Shown here: positions 8,624-18,111 of the stretch, one piece after another
Layout: every line of letters begins with the position of its first letter
How positions within the stretch are numbered: the first letter of the stretch is position 1
Source of the DNA: an uncultured virus (IMG/VR IMGVR_UViG_3300020454_000007)
Taxonomy: Duplodnaviria; Heunggongvirae; Uroviricota; Caudoviricetes
Reading direction: 5' to 3' (one strand)
Virus record (IMG/VR): IMGVR_UViG_3300020454_000007
DNA: 64,000 bases
Notes under the pieces: model-generated
The model's database searches: none
What the model saw: the letters and a program-made list of their open reading frames with translations, nothing else
Told to the model about the DNA's origin: nothing
Position numbers and translations under genes: made by a program

Positions 8624-9442
8624 TTAAGCTCCGAAGTTAGATTTAGGACCGCGTGTAGGTGTGCCTGATAAGTTCAGTGCACTAGACACATTGAAGGAAT
8701 ATTTGTTCTTAAAATCATTGGCTGCTATTTCGTTGGTGTTGTCGATAGGGCTATCGGGAACAATGTCTTCAGTGCCTGGAGACAATCCATCAGTACTTTG
8801 ATCTGGCACCTCGTTAGTGGTGGGGGTTTCCATTCCCATTTCAGAGCTGCGTGTATCAAAAGGATCATCACCGGCTTTCTTGTGAAGACGGCTGCCTGTG
8901 ATACCTGCCTTGTAGTCGTCAAGCAGCTTTTCAGACTGCTGCATACGTTCAGAGTCTTTGACTTCAGGAACGATGACATCTTGAGTGTTCTGGGAAGGCC
9001 CCATGTCCTCACCGAAAGCCTTAAATGCTTTTGTTAGTTCATCAGTTGAGGTGTACTGCGAATCGATGTGGTCAAGAATGCCTTGAACATCATTTTTGCT
9101 ATTGATGTCCCCAATGCCTGCACCCTTAGCGTATTTACGCTGGTCGTTGTAATCAAGGCCGTGCTTGTTGTATAACTCAGCTGCGTGCTTGTTTGCATTA
9201 GCAACCCAAGAACCAGAGGCAGAAGCCCAGGCACGGTCAGCTTCAAATCGCTTATGGTCTCTCTCTGCAAATGAACCATTGCCTAATTCGGTACCATCTT
9301 TACCGCGATATTTGTGTTGGTAGTTGGGGCCTAGGTGCTTTGATTTCCAAGCATCTTCTCCGTAATGTCTTTCAAAGACATCACGAGCGTCACCACCTTC
9401 AGATCTGCCGCCGTAGCCAAAAGTATCTTTGTCCTTAGCCAT
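8624..9442 (-). CDS. Hypothetical protein, possibly virion-associated
   Basis: 272 aa ORF; TAGAAT at 9469-9474 upstream. Confidence 0.7.
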   Translation of the reverse strand: MAKDKDTFGYGGRSEGGDARDVFERHYGEDAWKSKHLGPNYQHKYRGKDGTELGNGSFAERDHKRFEADRAWASASGSWVANANKHAAELYNKHGLDYNDQRKYAKGAGIGDINSKNDVQGILDHIDSQYTSTDELTKAFKAFGEDMGPSQNTQDVIVPEVKDSERMQQSEKLLDDYKAGITGSRLHKKAGDDPFDTRSSEMGMETPTTNEVPDQSTDGLSPGTEDIVPDSPIDNTNEIAANDFKNKYSFNVSSALNLSGTPTRGPKSNFGA

Positions 9443-9466
9443 TACATCAGATAAGCAGTATTATCC

Positions 9467-9634
9467 TTATTCTAACGATGACCTTTCCATGCCAAAGTAG
9501 TCACGTACTGCTTCTTCAAGTTCTTTGTAAGCTTCATACCAGTCGTTTACAAGACCATGATGGGGAAGCACGTGATAGCGATACTCGTGCCAATCCATGA
9601 CATTATGGATCTTCTGTAAAGGAGGGTATTTCAT
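9467..9634 (-). CDS. Small hypothetical protein (55 aa)
   Basis: MKYPPLQKIH... portion of listed ORF 9467..9913. Confidence 0.45.
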   Translation of the reverse strand: MKYPPLQKIHNVMDWHEYRYHVLPHHGLVNDWYEAYKELEEAVRDYFGMERSSLE

Positions 9635-9912
9635 GAGAATGTTTATATAAGGGGCCGCCCCTCCGTAGCTAATGGAAGGGCGATCAATTAACAGGGTGGA
9701 AACTACAAAAAATCCCTGAACCTTTGAAGTTGGTGCCTGACGTAGTTCTTCTTTGGCACTCACAAATGCTAGCTCATAAGTATACCTATTAGGGTCCAAG
9801 TTATTGCGAGCAAAACAAAGGTGGTCCAGAGGATGAGTAAATCTGTGTCTTTCATTCTTATAAGAACTTGTGCAATATATACAATAGAGAGTGTAAACGA
9901 GTACGTAGAGCA

Positions 9913-10296
9913 ATGCCGTCGAGAGTTACTAGAACTGCTCATAAGCGGGGCTACAGAGATATCGTCTACAACATCAATCAGGACAAGTTTTACACTGATG
10001 CGGAAGGCGATTAGTTTGAAGAGATTTCAGTAACAGCTGACTCTGCTGGCTCGGGTGGCTCGGGTGGTCTGACAGAAGCAGAAGTCAATGCTTTGATTGA
10101 TACTGCGGATACGATTAGCCAATCCGAGATGGATGCAGCAAAGGCAACCAAGATCTGGTTGATGGGTGACGGGACTGACGACAGTTATCCAAATATCCGC
10201 AATCAGGTTAATCTGAACAATGTTGATTCCAGGTTAGTGTTGAAGTCAATCGTGTCTAACGACATCGAGACAGTGAATATTAATGGATTATCGTAA
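9913..10296 (+). pseudogene. Structural-type gene interrupted by in-frame TAG (10012-10014)
   Basis: TACAAT at 9880, ATG at 9913, 33 codons, TAG, then the same frame continues into ORF 10093..10296 (IWLMGDGTDDSY...SNDIETVNINGLS). Confidence 0.6.
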
Positions 10297-10376
10297 TTAA
10301 TCTGTAAGAGGAGGGAATGGACCAAGGCAGAGCTGCTTTATACGACGCCGAAGCGATCTATACAGCTCTGCGTCCG

Positions 10377-11033
10377 TCATCTTGCGTATTTGTTGAATAC
10401 ATTCTGAGCGTTCTTCACCCGACGATCCTCATGAGGCTCTGAAGGGCGGAAGAAATCGCGTCTAAGGTGCCTTGCAGCCCCCGCAGCATCCAATCCACCT
10501 AACTCGTCAAGAGAGTTGGTGTAGCCGACTAGAGAATAGCCAGGCTTTAGATCTTTCTTACCTAGATATTCGTCAGCAAAGTACTCAAGCTGAAAGTCCA
10601 TTGAGTTGGGATCGACCCCAGCATCAATGGCAGCTTGACGAGCAGCATCGTAAGCAATACGGCGATCACCTGTGTACTGGCTAATGCCTCGACCGGCCTT
10701 AGCCTTCTCTTCGACGATGTCTAAGTTCTGGAGAGTTGGGTCTCCAGTTTCTGTTTGCCAATTTCCAATGAGACCAGAAGCAGCTTCAGGTGTCATTGCA
10801 GAGATTTGGCCATCGGTATATTTCCTGATGCCATCTCCAGTAAGCCATTCATATGCCTTACCGACGTTATCGACACGAGGCGGTGCTTGATGCTTGGGTT
10901 GAATGTTAAAGCCACCGGCAGGCGCAGAATCGCCATAGGTATCCTTATACGCATCAACCCGCTGCGCCGCTTCTTGACGTGGGGTAATGCCTAAATGTTG
11001 GCCAACTGCTCGGAGGCCGCCCATTATGTCCAT
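10377..11033 (-). CDS. Phage tail lysozyme-like (Phage_lysozyme2) protein
   Basis: AASGLIGNWQTE...GRGISQYTGDRR...QLEYFADE...FFRP...RRVKNAQ. Confidence 0.8.
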   Translation of the reverse strand: MDIMGGLRAVGQHLGITPRQEAAQRVDAYKDTYGDSAPAGGFNIQPKHQAPPRVDNVGKAYEWLTGDGIRKYTDGQISAMTPEAASGLIGNWQTETGDPTLQNLDIVEEKAKAGRGISQYTGDRRIAYDAARQAAIDAGVDPNSMDFQLEYFADEYLGKKDLKPGYSLVGYTNSLDELGGLDAAGAARHLRRDFFRPSEPHEDRRVKNAQNVFNKYAR

Positions 11034-11074
11034 TGTAATTACAGAGATAAGGAATAAAGTGCTGAGCTAATGTT

Positions 11075-12766
11075 TCACGAGTTACTAAAGTTATGTCTTG
11101 AATTAAACATACCAGTTTTAGTACCTCTCTGTGTAGAGAATGGGTTGCTATTCTTATTAGCTAAGTCTTCCATAGTTGCTTTCGCATCGAAACGACGTAG
11201 CTCCCCTAGTTGATAACCAGGGTTAGTATTCATTTTTTCATATTGACCCTTGGTAATATCCAAGAAGTCAATTGGGTTTAGTTCAGGTGTTGGCTCAGGC
11301 TGGCCGTAGTACTGACCAGCAGAGGGGTTAGAAGGTGCGGAGGGCTGTAAAGCAGGTGGATTGGTGCTTGTAATCGTTGGCCTACCCGTGCCGCCAGCGG
11401 CTACAGGAGGCTTAGGTGCACCACCCACGGCAGGGTTCTTATCCCAAGAGAACCCACGATCTGGGTTGCTCTTAGTTGGACCCTTGTATGTAGGACTGAT
11501 AGGTCCATCCATAAAGTCACGTGGCTTTCCTGCCTGACTCAGGGTGTTGTTAAAGATTGCGCGTGTTGCTTTTGACTTAGAAACATCAGCCTTAGTTGGC
11601 TTAAAGTTAGGTGCGTAAGGAATACCAGGGTTCTTACCAACTTTCAGGCCCTTAGCGGCAGGGAAGAATTTGCTAGTACCAGGGGTAGCGAAGCCAGGTG
11701 CATTGACCGGCTTACTCAAACGTGACCTAGCACCCTTACCAACGTTAGTTTGTGTACGGGCAATATCGTTAATACGAGTTTGACTGAAGCCCATCGCCTT
11801 CATCCGATTGATATCGGATACTTCAAACTTATTCGGGTTCTTATCACCTTGCTTCCAGGCACTGCGCTTTGGATCACCACCTTTCTTTGCAGCTGGGCTG
11901 AAGTTAGTAAAGGGGTTAGCGCTTGCTGTCTTGAAGCCGAAGTTGCCAGTGGGCTTAGCTGGCTTCTTACCAGCAGCTATTGCTTTGTTGTATTGACCAA
12001 TTTTGCTACGTGCACTGGCCCAGTCACCTTTAGATCCACCAAACTGAGATTTCTGTTTGGTACTCAGCTGAGACCACTTAGTTCCAAAGTTCTGCTGAGC
12101 GAAGGCCATACCAGAGGTAGTGCCTCGACCACCACTATTAACAGTTGATTTCTGTTGAGTGAGTGGCTTGAGGTTGCCTTGTGCCTTAGCGATAGCAAGA
12201 GCACGAGCACCAGCAGCACCAATGTTCTTGCCAGCTGCTTGTTGCCTCTGAAGATGGAGGATATTCGCTGAATACTTAGCAGAAGGTTTGGCTGGAGTTT
12301 TAACAGCCGGTTTATGAATAGCAGGCTTATTGAAAGTAATACCAGCGTATCTGGAGTTACCTGCCGCCTGCTGGTTCTTTACGTACTGCTGATAACGACC
12401 AGTCTTCTTTAAGTGCGCAACATTCTGTGCGTACGTCGGCCTAGAGCTAGCAGGTGCAGCAGGCCGAGGTGAAGGTTTAGGTGCAGGAGCTGCATAACGA
12501 GTATTCCCTTTTGCACGTTGATTAGCAACGTACTGGTCATATCTACCAGTCGACTTTAAGTGCGCAATGTTCTGCGCATAAGTGGGTTTAGGAGCCGGTC
12601 TAGGAGCCGGTCTCGGCGCAGGACGCGGAGCAGGCCGGGGTGCCGGACGTGGCGCAGGCGCTGGCGCAGGTCTAGGCGCAGGCTTACTACGACTTGCTTG
12701 CCAGGCGTTATACCGGCCAGTTGCTTTTAAGTGCGCAATGTTCTGCGCTCTTGTTGGTCTTGCCAT
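11075..12766 (-). CDS. Long basic Pro/Ala/Lys-rich repeat protein
   Basis: 563 aa; three PTxAQNxAHLKxTGRY repeats and PRPA tandem repeats; TACAAT at 12795-12800. Confidence 0.75.
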   Translation of the reverse strand: MARPTRAQNIAHLKATGRYNAWQASRSKPAPRPAPAPAPRPAPRPAPRPAPRPAPRPAPKPTYAQNIAHLKSTGRYDQYVANQRAKGNTRYAAPAPKPSPRPAAPASSRPTYAQNVAHLKKTGRYQQYVKNQQAAGNSRYAGITFNKPAIHKPAVKTPAKPSAKYSANILHLQRQQAAGKNIGAAGARALAIAKAQGNLKPLTQQKSTVNSGGRGTTSGMAFAQQNFGTKWSQLSTKQKSQFGGSKGDWASARSKIGQYNKAIAAGKKPAKPTGNFGFKTASANPFTNFSPAAKKGGDPKRSAWKQGDKNPNKFEVSDINRMKAMGFSQTRINDIARTQTNVGKGARSRLSKPVNAPGFATPGTSKFFPAAKGLKVGKNPGIPYAPNFKPTKADVSKSKATRAIFNNTLSQAGKPRDFMDGPISPTYKGPTKSNPDRGFSWDKNPAVGGAPKPPVAAGGTGRPTITSTNPPALQPSAPSNPSAGQYYGQPEPTPELNPIDFLDITKGQYEKMNTNPGYQLGELRRFDAKATMEDLANKNSNPFSTQRGTKTGMFNSRHNFSNS

Positions 12767-12859
12767 TCTGAATAATATTTAGCGCCGTCATTTCATTGTA
12801 GTTAGAAATATTAATTAGATACGATTAAGAGAAGTAATTATAAATTAGGGCGTTGATAG

Positions 12860-13915
12860 GTGTCTCCCCGTTATACGAATACGCATAATGCGAGAGTAGC
12901 TGATACTGCTCGCTTATTTACATCTCCAGAAGCTATAAAGGCAAGGGCATCAGATGATGCTCTTGTAAAAGAGATTTACGAGCTTGGCTACATAGACCAC
13001 CTGCTTGGTGGCTTTAAACATTTGACTGACAGGGGGATCGACGGTCGTACCAATCGTCCGCATACAACCTTGGGGTTAGGCACAGATGATCCTGCAGTAA
13101 TGTCGCAGGCTGAGCAGAACCAGATGCAGATCAACGAGGTTAAGAATGCATTGAGCGGCAATGAAATCATTGACAGCTATGCAAATCAAATTAACCCCGA
13201 AGAAGCTGCATACATCAAAGGTTTAATTGCTAAGCACGTACTAGGTACAGATAGAGCAAAAGTCGGTGGACTGGGTACAGCCAACCGTCTCTATCCTTCA
13301 GAGCACCCTTTAGCAGGTGAAGTCATACCCGTTGATATGACGCCAGGGGATAGGTATGACCGTGCGGACAAGATATTTTTAGACGTGGCAGGGATGGTAG
13401 ACCCTGATACTGGTGCACAGCTGACGGGTAACGAGTTAGATGCAATGCATCGTGAACCGGCAGCAGAACGACCAGACTTGATTGCTGTTCCTAGCAACAT
13501 CAAGATGGGAGGTAAATCAATGAATCAATCTGACGGTAGACGTCAGGGTGATGCATTAGCAGATAGCCGCCGCACGCGCCTTGTGCGCTTGCAGGGCGAA
13601 CGATTTTTGGATGAAAATGATATCCCCGCTAAACAACGCGGGGGCGTAGATACAATAACTAACCGTGAGAATCGTATAGCTAATAAGATGACACGGCAGG
13701 AGCTGCTTGATGACTATGTTGTCCGTCAAGCGTTAGAGAAAGAAGCAGATGCCATCCTCGATGAACTTCGAGGGGGGCGCTTCGCTGGAGACGTGATGAT
13801 GCCATACATTAGTCAAGGACGTAGAGATAGCCCAGGCAGCAGCAAAGTAGTAATTGTTGATGCTGACCCAGGCTCTTATGTAAGGGTGAACGGCAACGGT
13901 AAGAAAGCTGCTTAA
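12860..13915 (+). CDS. Hypothetical protein, possible degenerate HNH-like motif
   Basis: 351 aa; DAMH...PSNI...MNQ loosely resembles a His-Me finger. Confidence 0.6.
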   Translation: MSPRYTNTHNARVADTARLFTSPEAIKARASDDALVKEIYELGYIDHLLGGFKHLTDRGIDGRTNRPHTTLGLGTDDPAVMSQAEQNQMQINEVKNALSGNEIIDSYANQINPEEAAYIKGLIAKHVLGTDRAKVGGLGTANRLYPSEHPLAGEVIPVDMTPGDRYDRADKIFLDVAGMVDPDTGAQLTGNELDAMHREPAAERPDLIAVPSNIKMGGKSMNQSDGRRQGDALADSRRTRLVRLQGERFLDENDIPAKQRGGVDTITNRENRIANKMTRQELLDDYVVRQALEKEADAILDELRGGRFAGDVMMPYISQGRRDSPGSSKVVIVDADPGSYVRVNGNGKKAA

Positions 13916-14106
13916 GTCAGCTTTCCGTCGACGGTACCCTTGAATGGCACTGACGTATATCCGTCGAAAGTTCCTTCAAGAACTGGGATGTGGATTTCAC
14001 GAGTGACATAGTCTACGCCTTCTGACGTAAGACCAGTCACCATCGGAGTCCCGTCTTCTTTGTAAGAGGTATACAGGCCGTACTTAGATTTCTTAATTTC
14101 AAACAT
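13912..14106 (-). CDS. Small hypothetical protein
   Basis: MFEIKKSKYGLYTSY... start chosen downstream of hairpin 14136-14155. Confidence 0.65.
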   Translation of the reverse strand: MFEIKKSKYGLYTSYKEDGTPMVTGLTSEGVDYVTREIHIPVLEGTFDGYTSVPFKGTVDGKLT

Positions 14107-14162
14107 AATGAGCGTAGCGAATAAAAGTAAAAGAAGGCTCCTCGTTAGAGGAGCCGTGTGTA

Positions 14163-14663
14163 TCACCAGAGAGCTGCAACTTCTGCAGGATCTGGTTGGT
14201 CGTTCATAGCGACTGGTGCTTCGTCGACAGGAGCTGCTTGAGTAGCAGCAGCTGGAGTCATGTGCACGGGACGACGAGCGTTACGTGCAGACTTAGAGGC
14301 ACTATCTTTTTTAGGGATGGGGCCTAAGCCGCCAGTCATGATCTGGACTTGAGCCATCTCAACCAGAGGACGCTGGCGCATCTGAAGCTCACCATCTTTG
14401 TTGGTGAAAGTTTCAGAGACAGACTGCAAGCGACCAGTGAGGGTAACTTGTGAACCTGAGCGCAGGTATCCAGCTTGGAACAAGCGAAGGAGACCGTCGC
14501 TGTCTGTGAATTTGACATCCATCTCAGCACCATCGCGAACGAGGGTAGAGATGATGGTCACTGACAGAAACTCGCCATTACGACCGTTCTTAACGTCAGA
14601 GTAGCTGATCCTTCCCTGAACAGTGAAGGTGTTGAATGAAGCGTAGTTTGTGTAGTCAGACAT
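14163..14663 (-). CDS. Single-stranded DNA-binding protein-like (OB fold)
   Basis: NTFTVQGRI...YLRSGSQVTLTGRLQS...FTNKDG, flexible Ala/Pro tail with acidic/aromatic end. Confidence 0.7.
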   Translation of the reverse strand: MSDYTNYASFNTFTVQGRISYSDVKNGRNGEFLSVTIISTLVRDGAEMDVKFTDSDGLLRLFQAGYLRSGSQVTLTGRLQSVSETFTNKDGELQMRQRPLVEMAQVQIMTGGLGPIPKKDSASKSARNARRPVHMTPAAATQAAPVDEAPVAMNDQPDPAEVAALW

Positions 14664-14723
14664 TGAATGTGATTTGAAAAAGAACATTAAAGAGAAACCC
14701 CGGCGTTAGCCGGGGTAGGGCTG

Positions 14724-14960
14724 TTATTCAGCCTTTAGGTTTGCAAGGTATGCACCTAGATCGTGTGTCTTCTCACCGACGACGGCGAGCACTAGACCCA
14801 CGTTGTTCAAACCTTTGACTGTCCGGCGACGTACGTCAGCCCAGTCGATGTTCTTAAAGAACGCGACTGCATCGTCCACAGGTGGAAACGATGGGGTGGC
14901 AGTTTCATCCTCAACGATGAATGATCCATCAACAGGATCAAGCTGAGATTGAGTGATCAT
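14724..14960 (-). CDS. Small hypothetical protein (cassette-like unit)
   Basis: ORF bounded by repeat elements; TAA stop overlaps the element's TAACAGCC. Confidence 0.7.
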   Translation of the reverse strand: MITQSQLDPVDGSFIVEDETATPSFPPVDDAVAFFKNIDWADVRRRTVKGLNNVGLVLAVVGEKTHDLGAYLANLKAE

Positions 14961-15031
14961 GTGTCAGTTATATGATGTTGACATTAAACAAAGGCCCGGC
15001 ATTAGCCGGGTTGGCTGTTAGATCATTCCAG

Positions 15032-15436
15032 TTAGAAAGTGAAGTCGTCGTCACCGAGACTTACACTTTGGAATGTTTCATAGGCAGCCTTGAGCTTGCC
15101 AAGGTCAACTGCCCAGCTAAGGGCATTCATGCCTTTGCCTTTGTCAAGTTCCTTCTCTGCCACGTCTTCGTGCCAGGTGATCATCTGATCAAGGATTTTG
15201 AGGACCATAAGCTTGTGAACCATTGGGTGAGCAATGGTGTCAATAGCAGCATCTGTATGTTCGTCAACGAACTTAAGCATCTGCTCAGCCGTATGTCCGG
15301 CATATATTGCCTTCTCTGCCTGCTTCTCATCTTCAGCTTCTTGGTTAAGTTCACCAAGGACGTTGTCCGCAATCTTTTCAAGGAAAAGATCTTCGAGAGC
15401 TGAAGAAGAGATGCTGTTTGGGACCGAAGCTGTCAT
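15032..15436 (-). CDS. Acidic hypothetical protein (cassette-like unit)
   Basis: 134 aa ORF bounded by repeat elements. Confidence 0.75.
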   Translation of the reverse strand: MTASVPNSISSSALEDLFLEKIADNVLGELNQEAEDEKQAEKAIYAGHTAEQMLKFVDEHTDAAIDTIAHPMVHKLMVLKILDQMITWHEDVAEKELDKGKGMNALSWAVDLGKLKAAYETFQSVSLGDDDFTF

Positions 15437-15494
15437 AGAGTGATTGTAAAGAACACTAAGAAAAGCTCCGGTGTTAGCCGGAACTGGCTGTTAC

Positions 15495-15698
15495 TCAGAG
15501 GTAATCAACTTCGAGATAGCAGCTAGCTGCATCGGAGATGAAATCACCGACGAGTTCGTGATCTACCGGCGCACTGCCGTTAGACATCACGTGATAATCA
15601 CACTCATCTACGAGGTAACGCCATGCGTCCTCGGTTTGAGGTTGGATGAGAGCCACACCAGCGACTGCAGTTGTGGATTGAATCTTGAAATCTGCCAA
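15495..15698 (-). CDS. Small hypothetical protein (cassette-like unit)
   Basis: 67 aa ORF bounded by repeat elements. Confidence 0.65.
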   Translation of the reverse strand: MADFKIQSTTAVAGVALIQPQTEDAWRYLVDECDYHVMSNGSAPVDHELVGDFISDAASCYLEVDYL

Positions 15699-15757
15699 GA
15701 TATATCATTTGTAAAGAACAAATGAAGAAAATCCCTGCGTTAGCAGGGAGATGGCTG

Positions 15758-16129
15758 TTAGTTAAATGTGAAGTATGTGTCACATTTCTTGGTGAACAAT
15801 CCAGTGATTGCTGCTTCATTGCCATTGAGGTTCAAAGCAACGTCACTACCGTCGAACTCCCAGGAGCCGACCATGACTGGTTGCTTGTTTGCACTCATTG
15901 CAATTGAAACGTTGCCGTTATGGTCGAAGCCCATAAACGACCCATCGTTTGACTCAAGTACTGCAAACACTTGGCCAGGGCCTTGGTTGCAGTGAAGCTT
16001 GAAGTCAGAGGCAGGGATCTCTACGCTCTTAGCAGGCGGTGCGACAATCAATAGGAACAGAAGTCCTACCAATGATCCACAGCCGATAAAGAAGAGATCG
16101 TTGCCGATAGTCTTGAGTACTCTCTTCAT
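15758..16129 (-). CDS. Hypothetical membrane-anchored or secreted protein
   Basis: Hydrophobic N-terminal segment LFFIGCGSLVGLLFLLIVAPPAKS. Confidence 0.7.
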   Translation of the reverse strand: MKRVLKTIGNDLFFIGCGSLVGLLFLLIVAPPAKSVEIPASDFKLHCNQGPGQVFAVLESNDGSFMGFDHNGNVSIAMSANKQPVMVGSWEFDGSDVALNLNGNEAAITGLFTKKCDTYFTFN

Positions 16130-16365
16130 CAGTCGAAGCTCCCAAAGCCAATGGCAGGGGAGAGCATTCCTGATTCAGGGCGAGAACCCCACCGACCAGC
16201 GGTGTGGATTTCGTACTCATAGTGGTTGCCCCACTTTTCTTCGTAGTGCTCGACTAGATCTTCAGCTCGATCGTAAGATCCAGCTGAGTATGACATTTGT
16301 GTCCACACAGCTTCAGGATCTGAAGTTCTGCGGCACCAGAGCACGTATTCTCCAGGAATAGACAT
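16129..16365 (-). CDS. Small hypothetical protein
   Basis: 78 aa ORF coupled TGATG to the next gene. Confidence 0.7.
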   Translation of the reverse strand: MSIPGEYVLWCRRTSDPEAVWTQMSYSAGSYDRAEDLVEHYEEKWGNHYEYEIHTAGRWGSRPESGMLSPAIGFGSFD

Positions 16366-16404
16366 AAGGTTGAAAGCTATTGATCAAGGAAAAAAGATCC
16401 GCTG

Positions 16405-16629
16405 TTAAGCGGATCTAAGATGTTCAGTTAGACGGATGTACTCAGCGTCAATCTCAACTTGAAGAGGATCTTCTGTGAGATCGAAGTACTCGTCTAGGTT
16501 GTCAAGTTCTATATCGTGCAGGAAGTCTTTCACCTCAGCAAAGCTGTTGAAAGCTGCCCAGATATTCTCGTATTTGACAGTAAACCTCGTCCTAGGTGGA
16601 CGATGTTGTTGGATGATGAGAGTCAGCAT
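16405..16629 (-). CDS. Small hypothetical protein
   Basis: MLTLIIQQH...; TGATG coupling; ends in TAAC-loop hairpin with T tract. Confidence 0.6.
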   Translation of the reverse strand: MLTLIIQQHRPPRTRFTVKYENIWAAFNSFAEVKDFLHDIELDNLDEYFDLTEDPLQVEIDAEYIRLTEHLRSA

Positions 16630-16787
16630 CAAAGTGAGCCCCACAGAGGCTCATGGTTCTCTTCATCGAAGCCGATGTCAGAGAACGCTTGTTGTGCTTC
16701 GTAAGAAACACGAGCAGATTGCTCTTCCAACCAACTGAGCATTTCTGCGTCGTTGGTGATCTCATCAGGGATAAAAGTGATTGACAT
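16629..16787 (-). CDS. Small acidic hypothetical protein (52 aa)
   Basis: Manually found MSITFIPDEITNDAEMLSWLEEQ...; ATG 13 nt after element TGTT. Confidence 0.65.
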   Translation of the reverse strand: MSITFIPDEITNDAEMLSWLEEQSARVSYEAQQAFSDIGFDEENHEPLWGSL

Positions 16788-16841
16788 AAGAATGGATATG
16801 AACAGTAAACAAACACCCGGCGTTAGCCGGGTGGAGGGCTG

Positions 16842-17027
16842 TTAGTTGCCGTTTAAGAACTCAGAGAGTTCATCCATGTACTGTTGCTTAGTCTCAAAGT
16901 GACGTCCGTGAATGACACAGGGGAACTCACGCTTGCGCGGAGCCTGCTGTTTCATTGAAAGGCGAACGTCAAAGACAGTAAGTCCTTCTTGGTCAGCAAC
17001 TTGTTGGATGTAAGGATTGAAAGTCAT
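16842..17027 (-). CDS. Small hypothetical protein (cassette-like unit)
   Basis: MTFNPYIQQVADQEG...; stop overlaps TAACAGCC. Confidence 0.7.
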   Translation of the reverse strand: MTFNPYIQQVADQEGLTVFDVRLSMKQQAPRKREFPCVIHGRHFETKQQYMDELSEFLNGN

Positions 17028-17129
17028 AAAATCATTGTAGAAACAATGAAAGAAACTCCCGGTATTTACCGGGAATTGTTGTTCCCCTTCTCTATTCATA
17101 TAAAATAGGGAGAGTTAGTAAAAGGTATT

Positions 17130-17441
17130 GTGAATAACTTACGTCTAGCTGGAGATCGCCTTGGCAGGCTGGATGATGCTATCCAGACCGCCATCAGACA
17201 GAAGCTGTACGGTGAACGGCCAGACGGAAGTTATGGAGATGGCAATCTTGCAGGTGCAAAAGCCATCGTTGCTAGCATCTTGCACGGCTCAGGTCAGCAG
17301 TTGACTGATGACGCACTTGAGCGTGCAATATATCTAGCGGGCACCAGAGGATTACAAGCAGGGGCTGTAACTGGTGCTGGTGTAGGTGTTGCTAGCCTGT
17401 TCGCTGATGAACAGGAGCCAGGCCAGCTACCGTTGAGTTAG
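17130..17441 (+). CDS. Hypothetical protein, late-type gene inserted in early array
   Basis: TAAAAT at 17101; N-terminal RLAGD; Gly/Ala-rich C-terminal segment. Confidence 0.65.
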   Translation: MNNLRLAGDRLGRLDDAIQTAIRQKLYGERPDGSYGDGNLAGAKAIVASILHGSGQQLTDDALERAIYLAGTRGLQAGAVTGAGVGVASLFADEQEPGQLPLS

Positions 17442-17644
17442 CCCATAGCTGTATCTGTTTCACGATCTGCTTGCTTAACAGGGTTGACGATTTCGTCACT
17501 GCGATAAGCAACACCGATGCTGCCTACAGCATCGAACTCGTGATCGATAAGCGCTAGCTCAACAATGTTGTACTTGCCGGACTCCTCTTTGGGAGCATGA
17601 CGTACACAGAGGGTACGGTTCTTGTGACCGAACAGTTTGATCAT
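17438..17644 (-). CDS. Small hypothetical protein
   Basis: MIKLFGHKN...; ATG 15 nt after element TGTT. Confidence 0.65.
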   Translation of the reverse strand: MIKLFGHKNRTLCVRHAPKEESGKYNIVELALIDHEFDAVGSIGVAYRSDEIVNPVKQADRETDTAMG

Positions 17645-17700
17645 AATGAAATGTGATTGAACATTAAAACAACCCCCTGCGTTAGCAGGGGATGGGCTGT

Positions 17701-17844
17701 TTAAAAAGGACACTCTTCGTCTAGCTCGTAGATGTCCCAGTCTTCGCTGTCTTCTAGTGAATCCAGGTAGGACTGAGCTGCATCTACAGTGAAGAAGCAC
17801 TTGTTGATGTAGCGTGTCTCGCTGAAGACGTGGTACGTTGTCAT
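17701..17844 (-). CDS. Small acidic hypothetical protein (47 aa, cassette-like unit)
   Basis: Manually found MTTYHVFSETRYINK...EECPF exactly between two elements. Confidence 0.65.
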   Translation of the reverse strand: MTTYHVFSETRYINKCFFTVDAAQSYLDSLEDSEDWDIYELDEECPF

Positions 17845-17901
17845 TGTGGAAAATATGTTTAACACAAAGAAAAACCCCGGTATTAACCGGGGTAGGGCTG
17901 T

Positions 17902-18111
17902 TTATGCATCAGCCTCTTTGTCGTCAAAGGGCCAAGGATTGGTGCGGAAGCACTCAAGCCAGGCCCAGACGAGATTTGTCATTGGACCTGCTTGCACAAG
18001 TGTGTAACTTGGGTCGTGAGCAGGGTCAAGGATTGCGTGGTACTGCAAGTCACGTGGAGTTGCGAAAGCAACGTAGTCGTGCTGCACTTGGTACCACATT
18101 GGTGTTGTCAT
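17902..18111 (-). CDS. Small hypothetical protein (first unit of array)
   Basis: 69 aa ORF between two elements. Confidence 0.65.
   Translation of the reverse strand: MTTPMWYQVQHDYVAFATPRDLQYHAILDPAHDPSYTLVQAGPMTNLVWAWLECFRTNPWPFDDKEADA

Noticed and set aside
10012..10014. Genome-wide TAG reassignment
   Set aside because: TAG ends several genes cleanly (19428, 25350, 37336, 55191, 59304) and long genes are uninterrupted
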